Shown: positions 40,800 through 54,983 of the stretch, piece by piece
Numbering within the stretch: position 1 is the first letter of the stretch
Layout of the letters: every line of letters starts with the position of its first letter
Position numbers and translations under genes: made by a program
Notes under the pieces: model-generated
The model's input: the letters and a program-made list of their open reading frames with translations, nothing else
What the model was told of the DNA's origin: nothing
The model's database searches: none
Assembly: GCA_012026655.1 (NCBI GenBank)
Contig: JAAILG010000136.1
Location: 1 to 64,000 of the forward strand
DNA from: Hydrolagus affinis
Taxonomy: Eukaryota
Direction of reading: 5' to 3'
Length of the DNA stretch: 64,000 nt

Positions 40800-43700
40800 G
40801 TAATTTATTATCTATCCTGAAATGTGAAATCTCACTATCTTTTTTCTCTTAAAATCTGAGATGGTGCAGAATTGTGAGAAATTCTTACATTTGACTTAAA
40901 TTTTGAAGTCAAAATGATTTACGTTTATGTATGTAGGGCCTTTCATGTCAGAAGGACGTCTCAAAGTGGTTATCATCACTGAACTGGGAGTCTGACCTTG
41001 GCAAATGATGGTTAGAACTATGGAAACCTGGTTGGAAATGTAAGACTGCTAAGAAGAATTTTCAACAGTCCTGCACATTCTCAGATTTTTAAAACACATA
41101 CGGTTTACCTCCAGATGGAATTTGTGGTTCTTCAGTGTCAAATTTCAAAACGCAATCTGTTCTGCAGCACCAAAATGTGTCTCTTTCATGAGCATCCAAA
41201 TTCCCACAAGACACACAAACTGAGTTGAAATCGGGCTCCAATGCAAATCAGTTCATTTGTTCCATCAGAGATTGCGTCATTTTTTAAAATGTCAATAACA
41301 GAACAAGTGCTTTGTTGGGATGTAATGTTCTTAACTACATTTTTAGCCAAATTATTGTATTGTAGGAAGATTGTATTGATGTATTTAGCACTGGGATGTG
41401 TTTGAAATTTGTGTCCAGTCACAAAATCAGGCACCAAAGGATTAGCTTTTCCAGCAAAGTAGCTGAGAGGATTAAGTCTAGTTAATGTGTCTGATCTGGT
41501 GTTTAACAAACATGGTAAAGATTTCAAATAAAGATATTGGAATTACCTGACCCCGACTATGGGGTGCAATGGTATAAAACTACAAACTCCTGGGTTTTTC
41601 CTACTGGTCAGTGGATAAAGGCTGCAAAGCGCAAATTAAAACTCTGAAAGTCTAAGATATCAGCAGAAAACTATTCCTTTATCCAGAGAGTAATCACCAG
41701 CTAGAGTGGGTGAGGGAGACTCCTGTATATCTGGTGGTACAAGATGTTTGCTATCATCTCAGGCCTAGTATGCCGAAAGCAGCCATTGGGCAGTATCATG
41801 TGGCTGGATGGAAATTTCACACAGCAGAGTGTCGTGAGTACTGTTGCCCCTCTCCCCCCCCACCATTGTTCCCACTTTGTGAAACTCTCCTCCAAAATCC
41901 ACACAAAATCATTTGACTTAGAAGCGAGAGTGCCCTTAACTGTGAAGTAGTTGGTGATCATAGTTACCACACAATTAAATACAATTGTGAGAAAATGTTG
42001 AACAGAATATGAAAACAAATGTTAGCACATGAGGAAAAATTAAACCGATATGCAACTTCATTGCAATATTCTGACACAACATGGAATCTTGTTTCCAAGT
42101 TAAAAAGGCAGATAAAATATAAACATCTTTAATAGCTCCTAGAAGTGACCAGTAAAATCCTAGAGTAATATTTCCAAAACAACTCCCTTTGAAAGGGACT
42201 GCTTCGTGTATGTATTCCACTTAGACTTATTTGAGTTCAATTATACAGCAAGAATTAAACTTCAAGCACTTAAACCTTCATGAGCAAGCTGTTACAGCAT
42301 TAAAGAAACTGCAGTGACTTCATGATCTGTTTGTCAAAGAGATTAAGTTCCGTCTGAAGTTCCACCTTCATGACAGTGCTCAGAGCCATTTATCATTGCA
42401 TTGAGAACCTCTGCGTTTTCCCCTGCTGTGCTCTGGATTGCATGGTGTTAGGTAAACCCCTTTTCTAAATCCTCGGAGTTCGATACAGGGTTGCCATGGG
42501 AATGTAACACTCTTTAGAGCCCACATTCCGGACATTTATCCACGGATGTTTTTTTTTGGATGGGTTAGCCTGATGCGTGACACGTGCGGAAACCCATCAC
42601 CGAGCTTAAAAGAGTATTATCTGCTGACTTGAATGTTTGAGGTCAGTCGCAGCCCTTCAGATTCAGCCACGAAAGCTGCACGATCTATAAATAGGTGTTG
42701 TTCATTGCACTACGATTACAGTTAGCAAATACACATTTCACAGTTTGCGATGGATTATACCGCCATCGTACATGCAAGATACCCGTCCTTTTCTTCCCCA
42801 GCGGGAAGGGGATTTGAACCACAGCTGGGCGCAGCGTATGTGAGGCCAGACCACGATGATATTTGTGGTATTGTGACCCTTTAAGCCGCACGGTGTTCAA
42901 GCTGTTGCCTTCGGATTTGAGGCTTAATGACCATATTGAAGTGTAAGTACAGTTCTGGTGCCAAGGATTTTGAATATTATCTACAGACACCCCCGGCAAG
43001 ACGCTGAACTGATGTCGCAAAGGCAAGACCGATAGCTATCACCGATTGTTAGAGAAAAAAATGTCAGCATTAATCCTGTATTACAGCTTTCAATCCCACT
43101 CGCCTTGTGATCCCCGGTATAAGAGGCAAACCAAATCACTGAGAAGAATCAGTCAGGCCTGAACTGCCTCTTCAATGCTCTTCAACGTTCAATCAAGCGT
43201 GCCGCTGAAAATATCTAGCAATTCTGCTCTCAGTGTGTGGATTAAAATCTCCATATCGGGGAAAGATGCTAGTGGCAAGAAAACTACTTGTAACACTAAC
43301 TAAAACACTAACCCTTCCGTTTCCATTGACCAGCGCACTGGGTGACCAGTGTATCATTTACCACAAATAGAATCATGTCAACCCTCAACTCAACATTCCC
43401 CACAGCTTTCCTCCATTAGCCAAGCAGGGTCAGAGATTTCTTCAATGAACTCCCGTGAGCTTCGGTAAATTGCTAATTATTTAGACTGCTATCCAGTAAT
43501 CTTAACTGTAGCCAGATGTCACACTGCAATGAAAAAACCACACTGAAAAATTAAAGGACTGCGGCACATAAACTTTACTCTTATGTTATAAAAAAAAGGG
43601 CAGATTTAGCATTAGCAGAACATTTGGTCTCATTAAAAATCAGTGCAGTTAGAAATAATACTTTTAGAAACAAACATAAAAGCTGCATTAGGGGAGTAAA

Positions 43701-43860
43701 AATGAGAATCCTATTTTATCGGCCAGTGGGTAATTGAATTATTTGTTTTGACTTCACTGTCGATTTCAAAGCAAAACAAAGTGGAAAGACCAGAAACATC
43801 AACGTATCCATTACAACAGTAATTCACAGCTTTTGGTAGCTGCTAAATATTTAATACTTC

Positions 43861-44127
43861 AATGATAATAATCCTTGCATTTAATATACTGCTTTTCACG
43901 TATTCTAGACGTCTCAAAGTGCTTTACAGAACAAACTGTAAAGTGAACTGACTATATATTTGTGGACGAAATGCAGCAGCCAATTGCACACATCAGTGTC
44001 CCACAAACAGTCGTGGATTGAGTGACCAAATTATTATTGGTTTTTTTTGAGGGATTATTATTAGGCATGTAGAGTAAGGAAAGTTGCCCAAGGTTTTGCC
44101 CTGCTTGGAATTGAACCCAGGTCTCTC
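43861..44127 (-). mobile_element. SINE family A copy (5'-truncated)
   Basis: Reverse-complement match. Confidence 0.88.
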
Positions 44128-45505
44128 AATCATAGATTTGGGAATGGTGAGCAGCTGTTGAGAAATATTTTTTTTTTAAAATTTATGCATTGCTGGTAAT
44201 AACTGTCTGTATTAAAATTAATACTGGTTGGAATATATCTTTTTATTGTGAAAGCTGAGAAAATTGCTGTGTCGATATACTTTTTTTAATATATTTTACA
44301 GTCATGCAGTAATTATTAAATAATTATTAGCTTAAATAGCTGGATTGTTAAAACAAATATTATTTTGTGTGTCCAATTGTTTCTCAATTGTATTCACCTC
44401 TATTCCTGGTCTGGGACTGGGCAGTGAGAGTGGTCTGGGACTGGGCACTATCCTAAATGTAAGGTTTATTATGATGATGATTATTATCATCATACACTGG
44501 TCTCTGCATTTTGAGTAATTGCATTCGCTTGGAGATAAAGCTTTTAGGGAAAAATGGAACAAAACTATTTAATCTCCAGGTTGCCAAGTTACAAGGCTTC
44601 TCATCTATTATTTAGCAGAATGTAGTTACAAAATAATGCATACATAAATATGAAGATGGGCTTGTCCATTATGAACTTATAAAATATTAAATGTTAATGT
44701 AGCATTTGGATCTAATAAGATCTCAATCAAGAATGGAATTTTGAATCTTCTATCTGGTACCCTTCAAAAAAAATTGATGGGGCGTACTTGAGATTAAATC
44801 AGTAAATGATAGTGTTCTTGTAAGAATATCATGATTTAATTTCAAGCACTTATCAGTACTGTATTAACTAACCGTAGACATTATTGACATAATACCGTAC
44901 TGGGTAATAGTCAATGTAAGAATAAATTTAGCTTTTCTTTCCCTTAAACCATAATTTGATACATATTTCTTGAAGCAAAGTACTGCCACCATTTAATCTG
45001 CAAGAACCTATTAGCTTGATTTTGCGATGACACATTTTAAGTTTATTGCAGAAGTAGTAAATGTAATTACATTTTTTTAAGACAATTATTTTACAATTAT
45101 AAAGTAATAATTCAGAAGTGAAACTGAAACACCTTATAATAATATAGATCTACAGCAGTCCAACAAATGTCACACAATAATGACTGTGTACTTAGACTGT
45201 ATATCATGATTCTCCCCTATTTACAATTCTTACTCTGCTGACACTAGAATTTACTGGGTGGGAGGGGGAGGAATTTCATTGTGTTTTACATGATTATAGT
45301 AGGAAATCCTTTTAGTTGCTCACGTCGCCAAAGGTGATGCATACAAGACTCACTGGAATTTTTTCCCCATACATTTTTAAGCAGTAAAAACAATCTTATG
45401 TAAGTCTTTTATTAAAAAAAACTGCACAAATACAAGTATTTGACTGAGCTAGCATTGGATACCTAAGTTTTCCAATATAAAGTGTATATTAGTGTAATAA
45501 ACAAT

Positions 45506-45630
45506 GTAGAGACGTCTCAAAGCGCTTCACAGATTATATTCTAAAGTGGACTGACTGTATATTCTGTGGGCGAAACGCGGCAGCCAATTGCACATAGCAG
45601 TGTCCCACAAACAATCATGGATGGAGTGGC
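45506..45630 (-). mobile_element. SINE family A fragment
   Basis: Reverse-complement match to 3' body. Confidence 0.8.
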
Positions 45631-46187
45631 CTTAATTATGTAATTCTGTTTCCACGATGGTTATTACCAAGTGGTTGTTAATTTAACAGTTAAAGACACC
45701 TGTAATTCCTCCGGCATACATGTTTACACATGGTGGACAATAAACATCGATTTACAAATAGTTTACACAGTCACATCAGAGATCCCAAGGTTCTCACTGA
45801 AACAAAATCAATTACAATGGCATTCTTTTAGTTTATATGTAATTACAGTTGAGTTGCTCTTACTTACAGCTCAAGGCGACTTTCCGTGATTACAATAATA
45901 TTCGTCGGGGTAGTAATTTATCAATATGTGTGTGAATAATATTATTTTTCAATGTATTATTTTGTATTTAATTACAAGATACGTACCGTAAATAGTGATA
46001 TTCACATAGTAAAAAAACAGTTTGGTGAGGTCATCAGAACTATATCAATGGAATGAAATTATTAGACTTAAATACTGGGGCACTTAAAAAAATAGCAACA
46101 AGAAGTTAATAAGCCATTGTTCGAATTATACTGAAAATCATATTAATATTGTACGATGTCACTATTTCTCTCTCTTTTATATAACAG

Positions 46188-46314
46188 AGCATGAAAAACT
46201 AAGGTTGTGCAAGAGTACTGATTATATGAATTTGCACTTCAAAGTAAAATGGTTTTATAACGAGTATGTGCGAGATCTCCCAGCCATGAAAGATGCTGTA
46301 GCCGAATACTCTTT
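46188..46314 (+). CDS. UNC13C: UNC13C exon ([31 protein letters not shown]...EYS)
   Basis: Pyrimidine tract + ACAG; TT|GTGAGT donor; MHD1 region. Confidence 0.96.
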
Positions 46315-47423
46315 GTGAGTAATGCTATTTTATTCTTGCTGCTTATTTGTCAAAATATAGTCTTATCATTGAGTCACAATCCTTTTTTTTACAGTATCAT
46401 CTGAATTCACTAATGTATGGAAATAGAGCCTTTTTTTATACTGGGGGGTGGGGGGGTTCCCAGGTTCATTTTTTTTGTTGGTAATTGTCAAGAATAGTCC
46501 TGCCATTGTTTCGTAAGAGAGGAAAAAAACCCTAAATTTATTGGTGACAATGGTCGTTTTTGAGATGTGCAGAATAAGCGATCGGGTTAAAGTAATATTA
46601 CATGTTGTGGGAACCATATCCGTCTGTGTGTTACATATGGTGTATTGCAAAGCTGATTATGCAACACTGTGCACATTTGACTTGATTATGTTGAGTCTCC
46701 TGAAGACATCGTTAGATAGCACTAACATTCAGAAGTATTTCATGAATTTGATGCCCATGATATTAAGATATTTTAGCTTCAGTAATGCTCACCCTAGTGC
46801 ATGAACCTGCATGTAAGTATTTCAGCGCTCATTAAATGACAAGCCAAACTGGCAGTGCGTTCCATCTTACAACAGGGGAAATCACAGAATATCTGACTCA
46901 TCCTGCATGAATTGAGTCTCCTACTGACTGATCATAGATGGTGGTCATGGAGTAGTATGTGGGTCAGACACTCTTACATTCTCAGCTGTCGGATACATAG
47001 TGATAATTGGCTTGTAAGTGGAAAAATACGAAAACAAATTTTTCTATTTAAAAAAACATACTGTCGAATTCTGGATTCCCTCCAATTACTTTCTAGGATA
47101 AACTTAAGGACTCTATGACTCGCTGAAAACTGTCTTTCCAAATTAAGCCTGAGTTGAAGAATTTTCCAAAATTCAGCACGATTTTATTTTTGTAAGGTTA
47201 CCAACCACAATCAGCCATTTTGGGTGGGGTGGGTGGGGCGGGCGGGCTCTGAAGTATCCAAATTGTTGCTGTTGAAATGCAATGTCAATTAATATAAAAG
47301 TACACTGGAAGTTGAGCACATTTGCCCTCCCAAAAGTTTCGCTCTTTGGAAGTCTCTCAAACGGTAAATACTAAAATAATAAGTTTAACAGTAATAATTT
47401 CATGATGACTTATTTCGGTGCAG

Positions 47424-47520
47424 GTGGTTCGAACCCTTTGTGATTGATTGGCTGGATGAAAATGAAGACGTGTCAATGGAGTTCCTTCACGGAGCACTTG
47501 AGAGGGACAAAAAGGATGGG
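47424..47520 (+). CDS. UNC13C: UNC13C exon ([32 protein letters not shown]), followed by GC donor
   Basis: GCAG acceptor; homology and frame require the GGG|GCAAGT donor. Confidence 0.94.
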
Positions 47521-47577
47521 GCAAGTGTCAGACTGATCACAACTGGAATATTTGTAGAACATAGTGCATGTTTTTAT

Positions 47578-47897
47578 TATTAATAATAATAATCCTTGCA
47601 TTTGATATAGCGCTTTTCACATCTTATCGACGTCTCAAAGCGCTTCACAGAATATACTGTCAAGTGAATTGACTGTACATTTGTTGGCGAAACGCGGCAG
47701 CCAATTGTGCACAGCAGTGTCCCACAAACAGTCGTGGATTGAAATGACCAATTTTATTAACAGTATTGTGGGGGTTTTGGACGGATTATTACTAGGCTTG
47801 TGGAGTAAGGAAAGCTGCCCAAGGTTTCGCCCTGGATTCGAACACAGGTCTCATGCTTGTAAGGCGACTCCTTTAACCACTGAGCTGGAAGAGCTCC
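47578..47897 (-). mobile_element. SINE family A full-length copy inside the GC-AG intron
   Basis: Reverse-complement match from head to tail. Confidence 0.9.
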
Positions 47898-48006
47898 ACA
47901 ATGTGCAATTATTGGAGCTAATTAAATTTGAGCCAAAATAGACTGCAAATTGAAATTGATGAGCTTGCCTTTGCTTGAATTTACCTTGAGATATTAACTG
48001 TTCTAA

Positions 48007-48207
<201 letters not shown>

Positions 48208-48565
48208 TAAATGAAGTAATTATTGCCTGAAAAAGTGGCAACATTTAACATAGTCCTAAGCATAAAGGAGCTGTCATTTTGTTCCTCTGAATTATCATTG
48301 TATCACACAAGGATTTATATCCTTTATAACTTTACATCAAATTCAGTGTACTTTTACCACAACTGTTAGCCGTTTCCGTGTGCTGCGTTTGTAGAATGTC
48401 CTCCCCTCTTTCCTCTTCTCCTGTGTGGTAGAATCCTCTTGCCTTTTTTCCTTCGGTACAACTGAAGCAAAAGATGAGAATGCTGTAAAACGGCTGAGAA
48501 AATTCTACCCAATCTGTACTGAGAAGAATTATGCACCGAGTCCGCTAATCATATTTTCATTACAG

Positions 48566-48643
48566 ACGATAGGCAAAGTCCTTCTCCAGTACGCTGCTAT
48601 TATATCGAATGATTTCAGCTCCTACTGTTCCAAGGAAACGTTG
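48566..48643 (+). CDS. UNC13C: UNC13C exon ([26 protein letters not shown])
   Basis: TTACAG acceptor, TTG|GTATGT donor. Confidence 0.95.
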
Positions 48644-49585
48644 GTATGTATACAACAACTACACTGTCATAATAAAGTAGGAGGATAGAAGAGGATGCCA
48701 GTGTGAGGGCATTGTGAGGGTTTTTTAGTTTACTCACAAGTCGTGGCACGCATTCTGGCCACATGGTGAAATATTACATCTCTTTGTGGGGGAAATAAAT
48801 ATGTATTCACATCAGCCTCGTCGTTAATGATTGTAATGTTTATACAATGAACGAGCTGAGAAATGTCAGGAATTTTGTGTGTTTAAATGTTCTACATTGC
48901 TGTGGGTGACAATGGAGTTTGGGCAAACTAAACTGGTGACTCCCAACAAGGACCCCTCCCTCGCTCACTCTCTCCCCTGCTCCTCAGCTCCCGCCAAACA
49001 GAGTGTCTCTTGGCCTGCGTATCATGGCACAGCATGTTTAAACCTAAAACCCTACCAGGAAAGTGCAATCGAAAGTGGATAATTTCCTTCTTTGATTTCA
49101 ATTTCCACCACTGCGGATAGCAGGACACAGCCTGACAGTGGCCAATGCTATTGACTTGTTTTGTATCACAGCAAAGATATTAAAGCAGTCACAGTGTAAC
49201 CAGCAAAGTACATTTTTAACTGGTGTACTATCAGGCACTATTGTCTATTTCTGTTATCAATGGAAGCTTTCAGACTCATTGGCTTTATTCAGAATAGTTT
49301 AGCGGTTTGAATCCTTCGAGCCACTTAAATTAACTTTGAGGAAAATGCTGCATTTGCCTCCAAAAATTCAATCTCATTAAAATCTCATTTGCATTGAGAT
49401 TGCAGCTGGATTCTAGTCTTTTCCAAGGTTGTGAATTCTGATATATGTTTCTAGACTTTTTATTATCTTATTACAGTACTGTTTCAATTAAATATCCTGT
49501 AATTAACTAACTTTTGTGTAATTTTCCAATTCCAAATCATATTACAGTAATATCGTTTTGTTTTCCCAGTTTTCGAATCAGTTTT

Positions 49586-49658
49586 GTGCATGTCTGTATG
49601 TGGGTGCATGTGTGTTTATATGTGTGTGTATATGTGTGTGTTTGTGTATGTGTGTGTG
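49586..49658. repeat. Imperfect (TG)n microsatellite upstream of exon 49718
   Basis: Direct reading. Confidence 0.85.
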
Positions 49659-49717
49659 GTTTTTTGATTAAAACTGCTGGACACTTTTAAACTCTTTCTG
49701 GATTGCAATCCCTGCAG

Positions 49718-49795
49718 CCTTGTATCCTGATAAATAACATCCAGCAGTTGAGAGTCCAATTGGAGAAAATGTTTGAATCAATGGGTGGCAAGGAG
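49718..49795 (+). CDS. UNC13C: UNC13C exon ([26 protein letters not shown])
   Basis: CTGCAG acceptor, GAG|GTCAGT donor. Confidence 0.96.
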
Positions 49796-49841
49796 GTCAG
49801 TACCTGCGGCAAATTTTGCGGCAAAATATATATTGTATGCA

Positions 49842-49878
49842 ATATATATATATATATATATATATAGGTATATATATT
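49842..49878. repeat. (AT)n microsatellite
   Basis: Direct reading; another at ~32861-32879. Confidence 0.9.
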
Positions 49879-50170
49879 GGTGTTCTTTATAGCTCTTTGT
49901 TATTTTTTCTTTAGTTATGAATTGTATCTCTTTAAAGTTGTTTCAAATGCTTTATCATCAGTGTTGTTCGTGCCTGTTTTATTTGTTATATGAAATTCAC
50001 AGTTTAAACAGTATCTACGAGTGTTACAGTAACCACTTGACCTGCTTTACGTTTAAATGTTGTGATGTAAACCTGCGTGAATACTTTCTGTACTTTCTGT
50101 CTACTGCATGCTCTCTGCATTGTCTGTAATTTGTCTTGTCTTTGCTCTGCGTTCAACTATGCTGCTGCAG

Positions 50171-50197
50171 GAGGAAGAGAGATTTGTCTTTTGTAAG
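50171..50197 (+). CDS. Candidate 27-nt microexon (EEERFVFCK)
   Basis: Long TGC-rich pyrimidine tract, GCAG acceptor, AAG|GTCTGT donor, frame-preserving. Confidence 0.45.
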
Positions 50198-50959
50198 GTC
50201 TGTGTGAAAAAGGATGAATACTGAAGGGATCAATCAAGATTCATCCCCCCAAAAAAAGATCATTTATGTGTGTGGCAGTAAACCCTGTGTTAACTAGTTA
50301 TACTCAGGACTGATCACAATTGGCTGTGAAAGGCAAACAGTGACTGGATCTGCTTGCACTAATATGAAAGTGCAGTGACCATTGGATTCTGGATGTCGTT
50401 GCATTCATAGTCACTGATTTATGAGAAGGTTCTGGGACAGAGTGTACTGGTTATTATTGGCAGTCACTTTATACAGGCACTCATTTACACAGGGTTTGCT
50501 GTAGTGTTATAGATGTGTGCATCTGGCCTGCTTTCACACAACTCAGCAGTTTCACTGACATTTATATTTGTAAGTTTCAGGGACAAATAGCAGCAGGATC
50601 TGGATTTTTGGAAAGGGCACTGAGAGAATATCAAAATCCGAGTCCACTCAAATTGCAACACTTGAAGGAACCGAGCCAAATGCCAACCTTAACTAAATTG
50701 GTGCAAGTGAGAGGATTGCAGTCATTCTGGATTCCAAAATAATTAACAATGAGAAATCAGCAGATGTTCATGACTGATTGCAAAAAAAAAGGAAACCCTC
50801 TTTTGTTGCATCTCACCCCTCCTTCAACTTTAAAATGTCAACATTGAAAGTGCTGATTGAGTTCCTTTCAGTTCAGCCTGAGTATTTGAGGGTTTAAATC
50901 AAACTGAGCAAAACATTTGAACCCAGGCTGATTCATGGTTCCTACCTTATGCTCTATAA

Positions 50960-51132
50960 ATTTGGTCACTCAATCTAGGACTGTTTATGGGACACTGCTG
51001 TGCACAATTGGCTGCCACGTTTCGCCTTCAAAATACACAGTCAATCTACTTTACAGTATATACTGTGAAGCGCTTTGAGACGTTCCAATAGCGTGATCAG
51101 CCACAGTGCATTCAAATGCAATGATGATGATT
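50960..51132 (+). mobile_element. SINE 3' fragment (family A/Deu-type shared tail)
   Basis: gggacactgctgtgcacaattggctgccacgtttcgcc... match. Confidence 0.8.
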
Positions 51133-51989
51133 ACGTTTATTTGATATTGAAACTGCTTTATGGTTACAGTGCTTTCCAGCTTCAAAAAAATACTCAGAAG
51201 TGCTGATTTATCTTCTGCAGGTTAATTATCTAAAACAAATTCTCTTAACTTTCCAAACCTGCTTGATTTAGGTGTCGATTTTTCATTGTAATCTCCCCTC
51301 AATGTTGGTACATTTTGAAGCAATAATCCTTTTAATATTTCATACATTGTGCAGTTCACAACCCACGGTTTGTATTCAGATGAGTTTATGGCATTTGCAT
51401 GATAACATTTCCAATCTTTACAAATCTATTGAACAAAATACTGCTGTGTAGTTTTAAATCTGATTTAAATCAAATCTGATTTGAATCTGATGTGCAGATC
51501 ACAAACTCGCTTTATAGATGCATTTAGGGTAATTGGAGTTGATGATTTCTCTATGGAATAACCTGACTCCGGTGTGTGTTTTTAAAAGTTGCAGCAGTTT
51601 TGGCAAGTTTTTGCTTTCTTAAAAAAAAAATCATGTGTTTAACTGGATAGAATAAAATGTGTCATTAAGAAATATTTCCACAAGCTTCTCTTAAGTTCGT
51701 CTGCTTATCCATAAATCCAACAAATTCAAACAGTAGTTTCATGCTTGTTTTATCAGGACCAAAGTTTTAAACAAACATAATCATTCTCTCTTTTGGGAAA
51801 TGAGTAAAACCACATTTACTCCCAGATAAGCACAGCCTCTGGATCCCTAGCCTCTTGTTACTGGTGAAATTGTATAATATTAGAACAGAATCATTCGCAA
51901 ATTTTAAAAGTAGTTCATTTTTAACTCAGGAGAGGCCAGTTTATTGCCACACTGGTGTAAAATGACAATTGAAAAAATTTGTTTTCAAA

Positions 51990-52172
51990 TTCACCCACAA
52001 AATATACTGTCCATTCACAAAACTATTTTGTGAAGTGTTTTGAGACGTAGCGACGACAACAAACAGCAACAACAAAATTACATTTGTTGAACGCCTTTCA
52101 CGTCAGGAGGACGTCCTAAGGCCACCCACTACGTGATAAGACATTATATCAAATGCAAGGATTATTATTATT
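51990..52172 (+). mobile_element. SINE 3' fragment interrupted by an antisense L2 tail (52055-52122)
   Basis: SINE tail split at its stem-loop by caacaacaaaattacatttg...aggaggacgtcctaaggc. Confidence 0.8.
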
Positions 52173-54983
52173 AAATTTACATAATTTTCCAAAAAGAGTA
52201 AAGTTTACCTTGTACTTTAGGTTACACTCTATCTCGAGGGACAAAAAAAATGAAAGGTAGCATTTTATGACAATCTCAAATGAATATAGATCTCAGTTTG
52301 TGTGTTGACATTGTACCATTCTTCTTTACTTTTAAGTCCCTGCTGTTGCTTTGCCCTGTCACATTTCTACTGGTCCTGACAAAATGTGCAGGCAAATATA
52401 TCTTGCACACATAAACCCACACACAGAGCAAAGGGCTGCGATCTATATTTATTCCAAATAAATCCATAAAGGTATTACCACCAACGTTGAAGGGAACAAT
52501 GTACATGTTGGCAGCCTGCATCATTCTATTTGCTTATCCTTGCTGTCTCAGCCAGTTATACCAACGTGCCATCCACAGTTTCAGTCGTTCTATAACATTA
52601 TAATATGACAGTCAGTCGAGCAAAAATAAGCTAGCGTGTCTGTCAGTATCTGTAGGAACCACCTGTGCATCACTGTTTCCTTATCAAATTGGATGTGTTT
52701 CACCAGAAATTGGTCCTTCCTTGCACGGACAAATCATTCTTTGAAACCAATTAAAAACTCTGCATTAGGATCCGTTTATTAACTATTGCGAAGGTGCCCA
52801 TTGGCACCTTAGACAAGGGCACTACCCTTGATTTGGTGAGACAATAGACTTTGGATTGGATTGCGTGTGAACAGGCAGGGAGAACAACTGAGCCAGAGTC
52901 AGAAATATTATTTCCAAAACTGAGATTTAACAGTAATTGCATTATTCATGGCTGGAGTTTACTTTACTCCAATACTGCGGCTTCCTGAGGATTCACTGGC
53001 TATCAAGAATTTTTTGTTGAGTGCCTGAATTCGGAGTCACAAGCACACAATAAAAATATTGCTGCTGATAGGGAGCAATGCACCTGGTGGCCACTTTGGT
53101 ATTGCAGCACGTCAATACCAACCTTCACTGAATTAAGGTTTGGGGGCAAAAGGTTAGGCTTGGGATCAAAAAGACACGACTAAAAGGAGTACCTGTTTCC
53201 AATTACTGTATTCCCATCCCACTCTATACATTCACCTCCCATTGCAGAGACTTTCCTTGCATGCCCTTACTTTCTGCTCTCAATACCAAGTAGTACAGTA
53301 TTAGGGTTTCATGGCCTGAGTGAGGGTGACATAGATTTTGATTGCAAAACAAATATAATTTCACAGTCACTGCACTTTACATTAATCCCTGTGAAGCGCT
53401 TTGAAATGTTACTCAAAATCATTATTTCTTCAGGAGACTTTCATAATCTTGTGCAAATCGTGTGCTTGTATAAAAATTTAATATATTGTCCATCTGCTGA
53501 AGCACACCATGAAAATGTTAGAATACCATCTTTTTACATCAGTTTCACAGTCATTGATATGAATGATTTTCATGGTATTAAAAGGATTACAGAATTACCA
53601 CCAATTGTTTTCTTTTACTTTCACAGAAATTAATTTCACAGAAATGAATCCCCCCCACCCTCCTCACCACCACCATTTATTACTAAATTTGCTGATTTTA
53701 GGCTGCCTTTCCAATTCTAAAACATCTTTTCCCTACCACCTCCACCTCCCCCCTTCCCAAACTCCCACCCACACCCCACCTCCCGATCAATCAATCAATT
53801 GATCAATCAATGAATGCTAAATGACAGATTGTTTAGAGAGCGGGTTAGAAATATTAAATGAATCAGCCTGTCAAGTCTCTCAAAATCTCAGTGGAATTAC
53901 CATCACAAACTGACAAAAGCATGATTCACTAAAGTAGACAAAATCAACTGGATTGCGTTCAACGCATGCTGTAAAAAGCATGGTCTGAGAAGGGTTGCTT
54001 GGTCAAGTAACTGTAAATGCCTTTTGATGTCGGTTGTAAATTATTGTGAATTTACTGAGCATCAAAATGTATTCAGTGACTGCAATGTTAGTGACCTTCG
54101 TTTCTTGCCCTCAGCCTTTTGCTATAATTTGACGGGAGGAATGATGATGAGCTCAGCCAAACCAGAGGGGTTAAAGAAAAACGGTGAATCAGCCGTGTGA
54201 CGTACCGTTGTTTACCAGCAGGATTCCCTGTTATCAGATTTGAGTCACTCGCTCCTGGTGATGCCCATTGTAAACCATCCCCAATTTCAATCCTGCTCCG
54301 TGAGATGAATTGCATTTGAGAAGGTTTTGAATCGCTGAGGTCCACTGCCTTGTTGACAGCAGTCTAAAGTTGCTTGATTTGCACTCGCTGCACGGACTAA
54401 TCCACCAATCTGTTCTTAAACACCATGTTGCAACTGCTTGACAAGTAAATGAAGTCAGACTCAAAATGACAAAATCACTATAGCTTTATTCACTTCTAAT
54501 AAAGTCCAAACCCAGTGAATTAGACCATTTTATTCACGCAATTCTGCTTGTACTTGCTTTCAGGCCTCATCATAGCTGTTCGTCGAGTAAATCCACATAA
54601 ATTATGCATCGCACGCTGTGCATTTAAGCTTTTGGTAATTAAACTCAACCAAATGTGTTCTGCTGCACACAATAGCACTGGATCTAGTGCAAATTCACCT
54701 GTTGTGTGCCAAAGCACATCTAGAAGATATTTCATTACATTTGAACCAGTTTCTCAGTGTTCTGAATGCAACACAATTGGCAAAACAAATAGCACTCGTT
54801 TGAAAGTCGACGGTATTCACGGCTGCATTCTGTAAATGAAGGTGGATTTTCATCCTTGGGTGCTTAGTATAAGAGCATCATAGGATTACCACAAAGCTTT
54901 GTGTCGATAGCTCATTTTGAAATCAATGTGGTAAAATATAATGTGGGTTGATATTTCGTTGACTGCCAGTGCTTTCTTTCCAG

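Noticed and set aside
44406-44447. 17-nt direct repeat tggtctgggactgggca x2
   Set aside because: Only two units with a 7-nt spacer; simple local duplication, not an array or CRISPR.
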